Shown here: positions 9,294-17,047 of the stretch, piece by piece
Layout: every line of letters starts with the position of its first letter
Numbering within the stretch: the stretch's first letter is position 1
Assembly: GCA_019057385.1 (NCBI GenBank)
Contig: JAHQJS010000004.1
Coordinates: forward strand, 776,585 to 808,584
Reading direction: 5' to 3'
Origin: Candidatus Borrarchaeum weybense
GTDB taxonomy: Archaea; Asgardarchaeota; Sifarchaeia; Borrarchaeales; Borrarchaeaceae
Length of the DNA stretch: 32,000 nt
Position numbers and translations under genes: made by a program
Notes under the pieces: generated by a model
Database searches by the model: none
What the model saw: the letters and a program-made list of their open reading frames with translations, nothing else
What the model was told of the DNA's origin: nothing

Positions 9294-10085
9294 CTATCTT
9301 TCTTTTGCCAAGATGGATTTTGCAACGTCAGCCATCTTAGAAAACATAGCTCCAGCAGCTTTCATATACTCGATAAGACGCTCCAACAATCGAATTCGGT
9401 AAGCGTGACCACTACATGCGGGGTGGAGTGTAAGGTTAAAAACTCGGTAACCCTCTGGGATGTCTTCCATTTCTATTAGGGCATCAAACTGAGCTTTCCA
9501 TATTTCAAAAACTGATGAAGGTGATGTTTGTTTCATTTCGAACAAAGGCCAGTCATCGAGAAACCATTCTACAGGGAATTCAACTAACTTTCCGGCAATG
9601 TCTGAAAACTGCAAAACATAAGGTCGATCATCTGCCATCAGACTCGAATCATAAATATAGCCCATTTCCGTGATCAACTGAAGTGTATTATGAGCCAGTC
9701 TCCAGTATGGGGCTCTAAATCCTTTTACTGAACCTGAACCTCCAATTTTTTCCAGAGCCTTGTGAGTCTTTTGAAGTGCATCTTTTTGCTCATAGACTGA
9801 GAGGGTATCAAAATTCTCATGTAGATAGCCATGTGCCGCAATTTCGTGATCGTGTGAAACGATTTCGCTCATAGTTTCTGGATATTGTTCTGCTGTCCAT
9901 CCGCAGGTAAAAAAGGTCGCTTGAATCTCATGTTTTTCTAGGAGGGCAAGAATTCGGGATAAGCCTCTTTTGACGGCAAATTGCCCTTTCGAAACCCTAA
10001 CAGCTTCTTCAAGCGCTCGGATTTGGACACTTTCCGCATCATAGTCAAAAGTCAAACATACAATAATATCTGTCATGTTGATCAC
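9294..10085 (-). CDS. Polysaccharide deacetylase (NodB-like)
   Basis: VCLTFDYDAESV, TFFTCGWTAE, HEIAAHGYLHE, KGFRAPYWR, FNLTLHPACSG. Confidence 0.88.
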   Translation of the reverse strand: MINMTDIIVCLTFDYDAESVQIRALEEAVRVSKGQFAVKRGLSRILALLEKHEIQATFFTCGWTAEQYPETMSEIVSHDHEIAAHGYLHENFDTLSVYEQKDALQKTHKALEKIGGSGSVKGFRAPYWRLAHNTLQLITEMGYIYDSSLMADDRPYVLQFSDIAGKLVEFPVEWFLDDWPLFEMKQTSPSSVFEIWKAQFDALIEMEDIPEGYRVFNLTLHPACSGHAYRIRLLERLIEYMKAAGAMFSKMADVAKSILAKER

Positions 10086-10130
10086 TTCCTAGCTAAAAAA
10101 AAGTTTATATGGTCCATTATTTTGAGACTA

Positions 10131-10664
10131 TTATTTTCGTTTGCGCTTTTTCTTCTTCCTTGTGCCAAATAATTCTATTACAGACACATATGCAAGTCCT
10201 ATTGCTCCAATACATATTCCTGCAGCCGCAATAATCAGAAATACAGGGTTTTCGGATGTTTCCCTCTCTGGAGATGTAATAATGGTAACACTAGATTGTC
10301 CGTAATGTGTATCTCCTCTGGCTTGGACTTCCGCTGTCAAACTCCACGTTCCTATTGCTAGTGAAGATGTGTTGAATGTCGTTTTGTAAATACCAGTTTG
10401 AAGTTTTGCAAACATCGAAGATGTTACTTCAAACTCTCTTGAGAGTTGACTCAAAGTTAATTTAATTCTAGCGTTTCCGACCGGATCTCCATTATCAAAG
10501 ACAGTTACATTGACCTCAAGCAAATCGCCTTTGACAACTTGATTTTGATAGGGGGTGACGGTGACTACAACGTCTGCATGAGTTTCTTTAGGGTATATAC
10601 TTAATGAGATCGTAAGCACAAACAAGATTGAAATTAAAATCATCAACTTCCTGTTTCGGTACAT
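10131..10664 (-). CDS. Secreted, C-terminally membrane-anchored protein with Ig-like/MG2-like repeat
   Basis: N-terminal signal peptide, NVTVFDNGDPVGNARIKLTL and GIYKTTFNTSSLAIGTWSLTAEV pattern, C-terminal TM and KKKKRKRK. Confidence 0.7.
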   Translation of the reverse strand: MYRNRKLMILISILFVLTISLSIYPKETHADVVVTVTPYQNQVVKGDLLEVNVTVFDNGDPVGNARIKLTLSQLSREFEVTSSMFAKLQTGIYKTTFNTSSLAIGTWSLTAEVQARGDTHYGQSSVTIITSPERETSENPVFLIIAAAGICIGAIGLAYVSVIELFGTRKKKKRKRK

Positions 10665-10813
10665 TTAAATTGGACCCCCGTTTTTTAACGACGGATAAAT
10701 TTTGCTAATAAGACTTATAAAATCTGCTAAGTCTTTTTAAACTTATCATGTGAAGTGTATTTGCTTCATTTATAAGAAAAAAATACATTTGAGTTTTGAG
10801 GGAGGCGCTGGCC

Positions 10814-11365
10814 TTGAGTCAAACGATGAAACGTGTGAAAGAAGGAGTATTACAACTACTTGAAAATAGAAAATATAAAGTCGAATCGATCGAAGAGACC
10901 GAGTCAGAAATCGATATCCTTGCAAAAAAGAAAGAGGATAAAAAAGTCCTGAATTTTTTAGTACGCATTCCTAGCAAAAATGTTGTCGGTGTTGCATTAG
11001 TACGAGCATTAGATAAAGCAATGAAAAAACATGGTGTAGAGCAGGCGCTACTTGCAACTTTAGAAAGATATACGCCAGCCGCAAAAGCTGAATCAAAAAA
11101 GAAGAATATTGAATTACTTCCAACAAAGTATCCTATTTTTAATATTTTTGAACATGTTCTTGTTCCAAAACATGAATTATTATCTGAAAAGGAAGCTAAT
11201 GAAGTTTTAAAACACTATAATATTAGCAAACATCAACTTCCCGCAATTCAAGCCGCGGATCCCGCAGCAAAAGCTATAGGGGCAAAACCTGGACGAATAG
11301 TAAAAATATATCGAGAAAGCCCTACTGCTGGTTTACATATCGTCTATCGAGTCGTTGTAGAATAG
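10814..11365 (+). CDS. rpoH: DNA-directed RNA polymerase subunit H/Rpb5 homologue with an N-terminal extension domain
   Basis: C-terminus IFNIFEHVLVPKHELLSEKEANEVLKHYNISKHQLPAIQAADPAAKAIGAKPGRIVKIYRESPTAGLHIVYRVVVE is archaeal RpoH/Rpb5 core. GGAGG at 10801-10805 precedes a TTG at 10814; the provided ORF start 10796 is upstream of that RBS. Confidence 0.93.
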   Translation: MSQTMKRVKEGVLQLLENRKYKVESIEETESEIDILAKKKEDKKVLNFLVRIPSKNVVGVALVRALDKAMKKHGVEQALLATLERYTPAAKAESKKKNIELLPTKYPIFNIFEHVLVPKHELLSEKEANEVLKHYNISKHQLPAIQAADPAAKAIGAKPGRIVKIYRESPTAGLHIVYRVVVE

Positions 11366-11420
11366 TCTTTTTTACATTTCCGCGGATTATTGTTTTGTTG
11401 TTATTAGGAGGTGCGCATTA

Positions 11421-12359
11421 ATTCGCATTACGCTGTTAAGTGGAGGGACTGGTACTCCAAAATTACTGCAAGGTCTTGTAAGGCTTGTTTCTGAGGAAAA
11501 TTTGACTATAATTTGTAATACTGCAGATGATTACTATTTTTATGGTCTTTATGTCTGCCCGGACATTGATTCTGTCCTCTACTGCCTAAAAAGTTTTTTA
11601 GATGAAGAAAAATGGTGGGGAATAAAAGGTGACACTTTTAATTGCCTTGATATGTTAAAACTGTATGGTTATGATCCTTGGTTTCAATTAGGGGATCGCG
11701 ATCTCGCACTTCATATCCATAGGACGCGTTTATTGAAAGAAGGTCTTTCTTTATCTGAGATTATCAATGATGCCTGCATGCGCTTGAATATAAAGCCTCA
11801 TATAATTCCCATGACTGATCAGAAAGTCACAACAATGGTCTTTACTGACAAGGGTAAATTGAATTTTCAAGAGTTTTGGGTACGGGAACATGCAAATGTA
11901 AAGGTATTTTCGGTTGAATTTGAAGGAATTAAGAGAGCAGAACCAACCCAAGATGTAATTGATTCAATTATGGAAAGTGATGCCATAATTATCGGACCAA
12001 GTAATCCTGTTACCTCAATAGGACCTATTCTGGAAGTAAAAGGTATCAAAACAGCCTTAGAAAGGACACAAGGCATAAAAATCGCGATTTCTCCTATAAT
12101 CGGAGAAAAACCATTGAGCGGTCCTGCTGGTCAACTCATGGAAACTCAAAACCTTAGTGTTTCTCCGTACGCTATTGCAAAGATTTATTCTAACTTCTTA
12201 GACGTTCTAATTATACATAGTACTGATACAGGATTGGTTCCTCAAATTGAAGAACTTGGAATATCTGTATTTTCTACTAACATCATAATGAAGAGTCTTG
12301 ATGATAAAATCACTCTAGCTCAAGAAATCCTTCGTTTAATTGAGGAAAAAACATGTTAA
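11421..12359 (+). CDS. cofD: 2-phospho-L-lactate transferase (coenzyme F420 biosynthesis), likely ATT start
   Basis: Frame upstream of the 11502 ORF start encodes ITLLSGGTGTPKLLQGLVRLVSEENL, continuing into TIICNTADD...GPSNPVTSIGPIL...SPIIGEKPLSGPAGQLM. GGAGG at 11407-11411. Confidence 0.9.
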   Translation: MRITLLSGGTGTPKLLQGLVRLVSEENLTIICNTADDYYFYGLYVCPDIDSVLYCLKSFLDEEKWWGIKGDTFNCLDMLKLYGYDPWFQLGDRDLALHIHRTRLLKEGLSLSEIINDACMRLNIKPHIIPMTDQKVTTMVFTDKGKLNFQEFWVREHANVKVFSVEFEGIKRAEPTQDVIDSIMESDAIIIGPSNPVTSIGPILEVKGIKTALERTQGIKIAISPIIGEKPLSGPAGQLMETQNLSVSPYAIAKIYSNFLDVLIIHSTDTGLVPQIEELGISVFSTNIIMKSLDDKITLAQEILRLIEEKTC

Positions 12360-13126
12360 AATTGCAAAATCCTGCAATACTATCCGCAATGGCGGGTGTT
12401 ACTAATGGTGATTTTTGTGCACGAGTTGCGAAAGGTGGAGCTGGCATGATCACTCTTGGCGGATTTAATTTTGATAAGGCAACGCTTAGCGCAGCAAAAC
12501 TTATCACAACTAGAGAAAGGCCAGAATTTATTATAGATCTTGAGGAACTGCCAGAATATACTGAACGTCAAGTTTCTATTGCCCGTGAAGGAAAAACTCT
12601 CGTAAATATAAATATACGTGTTACCTCAAGAGATGGGTTACTTCTGGCAGCAAAAATATCACAGGATGCAGGTGCAGATGCTATTGAACTAAATGCACAT
12701 TGTAGACAACCGGAAATTATGGATCTAGGAACTGGACAGGCACTGCTAAAAAACTCCAAAAAATTGTGTCAGTGGATTACAATCCTCAAAAATAATGTGA
12801 ATATTCCCCTAATTGTTAAAATTCGGGCCAACATCGTCGATGAAGTGACTTTAGTGAAAAATATGGTTACAGCAGGTGCAGATGCTATTCATGTCGATGC
12901 AATGAAACCTGGATCTCCTTATGCTGATTTAGACGTTATAAAAAGGATATCCAACTCTATCGATACATATTTGATAGGTAATAATTCTGTAAAAGACATT
13001 AATTCAGCAATACAAATGCTGAACGCCGGTGCCGATGCATTTTCAATTGCTAGGGCTGCTATAAAAAATCCTGAAATAGTTGGAAAAATTGGGAAGGCTA
13101 CAATGAAACCTTACAATTATTTATAA
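12353..13126 (+). CDS. nifR3/Dus-like or dihydroorotate-dehydrogenase-like TIM-barrel flavoprotein
   Basis: PAILSAMAGVTNGDF, DAIELNAHCRQPE, GADAIHVDAMKPG, IGNNSV, GADAFSIARAA; start overlaps the cofD stop. Confidence 0.82.
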   Translation: MLKLQNPAILSAMAGVTNGDFCARVAKGGAGMITLGGFNFDKATLSAAKLITTRERPEFIIDLEELPEYTERQVSIAREGKTLVNINIRVTSRDGLLLAAKISQDAGADAIELNAHCRQPEIMDLGTGQALLKNSKKLCQWITILKNNVNIPLIVKIRANIVDEVTLVKNMVTAGADAIHVDAMKPGSPYADLDVIKRISNSIDTYLIGNNSVKDINSAIQMLNAGADAFSIARAAIKNPEIVGKIGKATMKPYNYL

Positions 13127-13160
13127 AATAGCGGAATAGTTGATGTAATTCCACGTTTTA
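13106..13160 (-). mobile_element. Remnant of the 3' end of a TnpB-related element (~90% identical to 29531..29585)
   Basis: aaaccttacaattatttataaaatagcggaatagttgatgtaattccacgtttta vs aaaccttacaattatttataaaacaacggaatggttgatattattccacgtttta; minus strand reads NKTWNYINYSAIL* vs TnpB C-terminus HKTWNNINHSVVL*. Confidence 0.75.
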
Positions 13161-13300
13161 TTGCTGAAGACTTTTTCTAAAATTTTTAGACTCATTTGCG
13201 TCTTAGAGTAATCAATTGTTGTGAACGAACTACTACAGATCAAAAATCATTTTCTCTGAATATAATGTCAGTTTTTGAGAGGGAAAAAGATAAAAAAACG

Positions 13301-13801
13301 TTACATTCTCTTCAAATATGCTGGTACATCAAGTACTTCTATGTAGAATTCACATTCAGGATCCCCTTTTCCATAGCACCTGATCTCGCGTACAAGACAT
13401 CGTCTGTCTTTTAATCGTTCAATGACACCTGAAATGAGTCCCGTTTCAAAGCTGCATGCCGGCTTTCCTAGGTTTGGAAGACCTGCAGATGATAGGGTCT
13501 CCAGCAATATCAGATTTCCGATCCCTTTATCTGAATCAAATGTAAATGATTTTGTTCTTGCAATACTTTTCTTTTCCATCCACTGCAAAAATTCTTCGAA
13601 TTCCTTAAATTTTGTTCTCCTACCCAACGCCTTGCCACCAGCATAAGCCAGTGTTTTTGACGCATCCTCTCCAACGACATCACGTAGGCTGAATAAACTT
13701 AATGCTCTAAATAGTCGAATATCTATTGTTGCGCCTAAATTAGGCCGGTCAACCCTGTCAAGTTCTGGCATTCTAACCTTTTCCAATATTCCCAACTCCA
13801 A
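13301..13801 (-). CDS. V4R-domain protein
   Basis: 166 aa; C-terminal CSFETGLISGVIERLKDRRCLVREIRCYGKGDPECEFYIE is a V4R signature. Confidence 0.85.
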   Translation of the reverse strand: MELGILEKVRMPELDRVDRPNLGATIDIRLFRALSLFSLRDVVGEDASKTLAYAGGKALGRRTKFKEFEEFLQWMEKKSIARTKSFTFDSDKGIGNLILLETLSSAGLPNLGKPACSFETGLISGVIERLKDRRCLVREIRCYGKGDPECEFYIEVLDVPAYLKRM

Positions 13802-13868
13802 AAAGTGAGATAACCATTAGTCCTTATGTCATCTCACCTTTCGACCTAGAAAAATCTTTTGGAAGAAA

Positions 13869-14894
13869 TTAAAATATGGAAAGTAACTCTCTTATGAAGT
13901 CGTTAGTAGTATTTTTACCGCCAAGATCTGGAGTTCTAATGTTGGTTTCTTCATATATTTTTAAAATAGAGTTTTCTAGGTCTTTTGCTGCCTGTTTTGC
14001 ATCACTTATTGAATATTTTTCACCTAGCCAATCTAGCATCATCGAGCAACTTAACAATATTGCAGTAGGATTCGCTATACCTTTTCCTTCAATATCGAAA
14101 GCCGCACCATGGACTGGTTCAAACATAGCAATATCCTGTCCAAGGTTTGAAGAAGGAAGAATGCCCAAACTTCCAGTCACCCCTGCGGCTTCATCGCTTA
14201 GAATATCTCCAAACATGTTAGTAGTAACTAGGGTATCAAATTGTTGAGGATTGATCACTAGTTGGTATGCTGCGTTGTCTACATATATTTCGTTTATATC
14301 AATCTCACTATAATTCTTAGCAATTTCTAAGCAGACATTTCGAAAGAATACACAGCTTATCATCACATTAGCCTTATGAACAATAGTTAGTTTTTTTCGC
14401 CTTTCCTTTGCCATTTTACAAGCAACAGTCATGATACGTTCAGTTGCTTCCTTTGTGATCATTCGAACATTAATTGCGCATTCTTTTGATATATCGTCTA
14501 TTTTTTTATAGAGCCCCTCAGTATTTTCTCTAACAATTACCAAGTCAACTCCTGAATGAATACTCGGAATGCCAGGGATAGTTTTTGCGGGCCTGATGTT
14601 TGCGAAGAGGTTGAGTTCTTGTCTAAGGGGCAAAACTACATATCTAGCTGTTTCACCAATCGGCGCTTTTAGGCAACATGAACACTTTTTAATCTCATCT
14701 ATGGCATTACTGGGCAATGCATGACCAGTTTCCTTTAGAGCCCTGTCTCCTGCAAGTATCTCCTTAAACCGAAAGGAAAAACTATATTTATCTGATAATA
14801 TCTCAAGCACTTTGCTTGTAGCAGTAGTTATCTCAGGTCCAATTCCATCCCCTGAAATAACGGCGATTTCAAATGTCTTTGTCATACTCATCAC
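13869..14894 (-). CDS. Isocitrate/isopropylmalate dehydrogenase family protein
   Basis: ISGDGIGPEIT, LFANIRPAKTIPG, DLVIVRENTEGLY, TNMFGDILSDEAAG, EPVHGAAFDIEGKGIANPTA. Confidence 0.9.
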   Translation of the reverse strand: MMSMTKTFEIAVISGDGIGPEITTATSKVLEILSDKYSFSFRFKEILAGDRALKETGHALPSNAIDEIKKCSCCLKAPIGETARYVVLPLRQELNLFANIRPAKTIPGIPSIHSGVDLVIVRENTEGLYKKIDDISKECAINVRMITKEATERIMTVACKMAKERRKKLTIVHKANVMISCVFFRNVCLEIAKNYSEIDINEIYVDNAAYQLVINPQQFDTLVTTNMFGDILSDEAAGVTGSLGILPSSNLGQDIAMFEPVHGAAFDIEGKGIANPTAILLSCSMMLDWLGEKYSISDAKQAAKDLENSILKIYEETNIRTPDLGGKNTTNDFIRELLSIF

Positions 14895-14987
14895 ATTAAA
14901 TGATGATAGCTTAAAAGTGGTAATGCAATCTTTATAAATGTATGTCTTTCATCGCTATTTAAATAAGATTAAAATTCATAATGGCAT

Positions 14988-15656
14988 TTGACGTCTATAA
15001 GCTGTGATCTATTGAACATATATGCGCTTATTCCATTGAAAAAATTGGAGAATTCAAAAACTCGCATAAGCAATTTATCTCTTGAATCTCGAAAAATGCT
15101 TACCAAAGCTATGCTAACTGATGTAGTTCAATCAACTTTAGAAGCAAAAAATATCACCGAAACTTTTGTGATGTCACCAGATCAGGAGATAGTTACGCTT
15201 GCAGAGAAATTAGGTGCTAACACAATCCTTGAGGGAAAACAGCAAGGATTAAATATTGCTGTTTCTGAGGGGACACACAAGTTAGAACAACAGGGCGCTG
15301 AGGGTGTGATTGTTATTCTTGGAGATTTACCTCTAATTACACCACGTCTTCTTGATCTTCTTATTAAAAAGGCAATAAGTCGTCCATGGGTGGTAATCGC
15401 GCCTTCAAAAGACAATGGTACCAATATTTTGCTAAGAACTCCTCCAGAAGTAATTCCACATGTTTATTATGGATCAAATAGCAGCGTAATACATACCAGA
15501 ATTGCTCGCTATTTTCATGTTTCTTATACCATATTTAATTCACCAAAATTGATGATTGATATTGATACTTCTCAAGATCTTGCCCTTATCAAAAAATATG
15601 AAACCGAAAAACGGACGCATACATTTCAACTACTAAACCAACTTAAGCTTTTATAG
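14988..15656 (+). CDS. cofC: 2-phospho-L-lactate guanylyltransferase (F420 biosynthesis)
   Basis: ALIPLKKLENSKTRIS...LTKAMLTDVVQS...VIVILGDLPLITPRLL...VIAPSKDNGTNILLRTPP. Confidence 0.9.
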   Translation: MTSISCDLLNIYALIPLKKLENSKTRISNLSLESRKMLTKAMLTDVVQSTLEAKNITETFVMSPDQEIVTLAEKLGANTILEGKQQGLNIAVSEGTHKLEQQGAEGVIVILGDLPLITPRLLDLLIKKAISRPWVVIAPSKDNGTNILLRTPPEVIPHVYYGSNSSVIHTRIARYFHVSYTIFNSPKLMIDIDTSQDLALIKKYETEKRTHTFQLLNQLKLL

Positions 15657-15695
15657 AACTTCAATTTTTTAAAAGATACCTTGGTGTGTCTAACT

Positions 15696-16850
15696 ATGAC
15701 TGCAGAAAGAATAAAACATTCTCAAGAATTACTTAAGGAAATGAATTACGATGGATGGGTCATTTTAACAAATCACGGACAGGATCTACATGCTCTTCTA
15801 TTGCTTGGGAAAAAAAATCCAGGAAGACTATCTGTCATTGTTACACCTAACGAAAATCCTCATATCATAGTATCGCAGATGGAAGCGCCAATTTTCGAGG
15901 ATATGATAGGCATAGAAGTATCTTCGTACAGTGATACAAAGCAATTAGTTGAACAGATAAAAAATGAATTTTCTCAGTTTTCAGATAATTCTAAGATCAT
16001 TCTTGACTATGTAGATGATCCATTGGGACGTGATGATACATTTGATCTTATGACTTATGGAGAAGTAACTAAATTAAAAACCATGTTTCCTGAAATTAAT
16101 TTTGAACCTGCAGCGCCATTTCTAAAAAAATTACGCACAAAAAAAACTGAAGCTGAAATAAAGGCTCACGAAATCGCATGCAAATATACAATGGAGATTT
16201 TAGAAGATGTTCCAAATTTTGTGAGTGTTGGTATGTCAGAACGAGATATACTTTCCGAAATAGATTGCCGATCAAAAAAAGTTGGAGAATCTGCATTTGA
16301 CACGATTGTAGGCATAGGTCCAGATGCAGCGAGTCCTCACCACGTTCCATCTTCCTTTGAAAAACTAGGAAATGATGAATTACTTTTAATTGACATGGGT
16401 ATTTTTATAACAGATCCTTCACCAGCTTCCTCAGACCAAACGTGGACCTTCTATACAGGTAGACCTACTGAACAAGCACTTAGAATGTATGAGGCTGTCT
16501 ATGAGGCAAAAGAACGCGCAATAAAAGCAGCAAAACCAGGAATTCCCGCATATACTCTTGATGAAATAACCCGGGCTACTATTGAGGAATTCGGCTTTGA
16601 TGAAAAAAAACTGTTTATTCATGCAACAGGGCATCCTCTCGGCATAGAAGTGCATGATGTTGGGCCAATTATTTCCAAAAAGTCACCACATTCTGAACAG
16701 CTACTAGAACCTAATATGGTACTCACTGTTGAGCCAGGACTTTATATTAAGGATCTTGGTGGAGTTCGATTGGAAGATGACATTGTAATAACAAAAACAG
16801 GGTGTAAACGGCTCTCATACACTCCTCCTGAACTCATTCAGATTAGATAA
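15696..16850 (+). CDS. M24-family Xaa-Pro aminopeptidase/dipeptidase-like protein
   Basis: KLGNDELLLIDMGIF, GHPLGIEVHDVGP, LEPNMVLTVEPGLYI, GGVRLEDDI. ATG at 15696 preferred over the upstream TTG at 15681. Confidence 0.9.
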   Translation: MTAERIKHSQELLKEMNYDGWVILTNHGQDLHALLLLGKKNPGRLSVIVTPNENPHIIVSQMEAPIFEDMIGIEVSSYSDTKQLVEQIKNEFSQFSDNSKIILDYVDDPLGRDDTFDLMTYGEVTKLKTMFPEINFEPAAPFLKKLRTKKTEAEIKAHEIACKYTMEILEDVPNFVSVGMSERDILSEIDCRSKKVGESAFDTIVGIGPDAASPHHVPSSFEKLGNDELLLIDMGIFITDPSPASSDQTWTFYTGRPTEQALRMYEAVYEAKERAIKAAKPGIPAYTLDEITRATIEEFGFDEKKLFIHATGHPLGIEVHDVGPIISKKSPHSEQLLEPNMVLTVEPGLYIKDLGGVRLEDDIVITKTGCKRLSYTPPELIQIR

Positions 16851-16880
16851 TCCTCTCTTTTGAAGAGGAAAAAACTCCAA

Positions 16881-17021
16881 TTATTTATGCTCTTTGGCGC
16901 ATGTTTTGCAAGCCCATCGTTTTATGACATTTCTTCGTCGAGTTGTAATTTCCACTAACTTAGCAACCGAAGATGAGTCAGAAATGACTGCACCACAATA
17001 TACGCATTTCCTACGAGCCAT
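16881..17021 (-). CDS. 46-aa putative zinc-ribbon protein (absent from the supplied ORF track)
   Basis: MARRKCVYCGAVISDSSSVAKLVEITTRRRNVIKRWACKTCAKEHK*; paired CxxC motifs, rich in basic residues; AAGGTGA upstream; same strand and just downstream of rfcL. Confidence 0.78.
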   Translation of the reverse strand: MARRKCVYCGAVISDSSSVAKLVEITTRRRNVIKRWACKTCAKEHK

Positions 17022-17047
17022 TTTTGTGTCACCTTTGTTAATAAAAC

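Noticed and set aside
13196-13414. 72-aa ORF upstream of and antisense to the V4R gene
   Set aside because: Overlaps the V4R coding region on the opposite strand, no recognisable domain.
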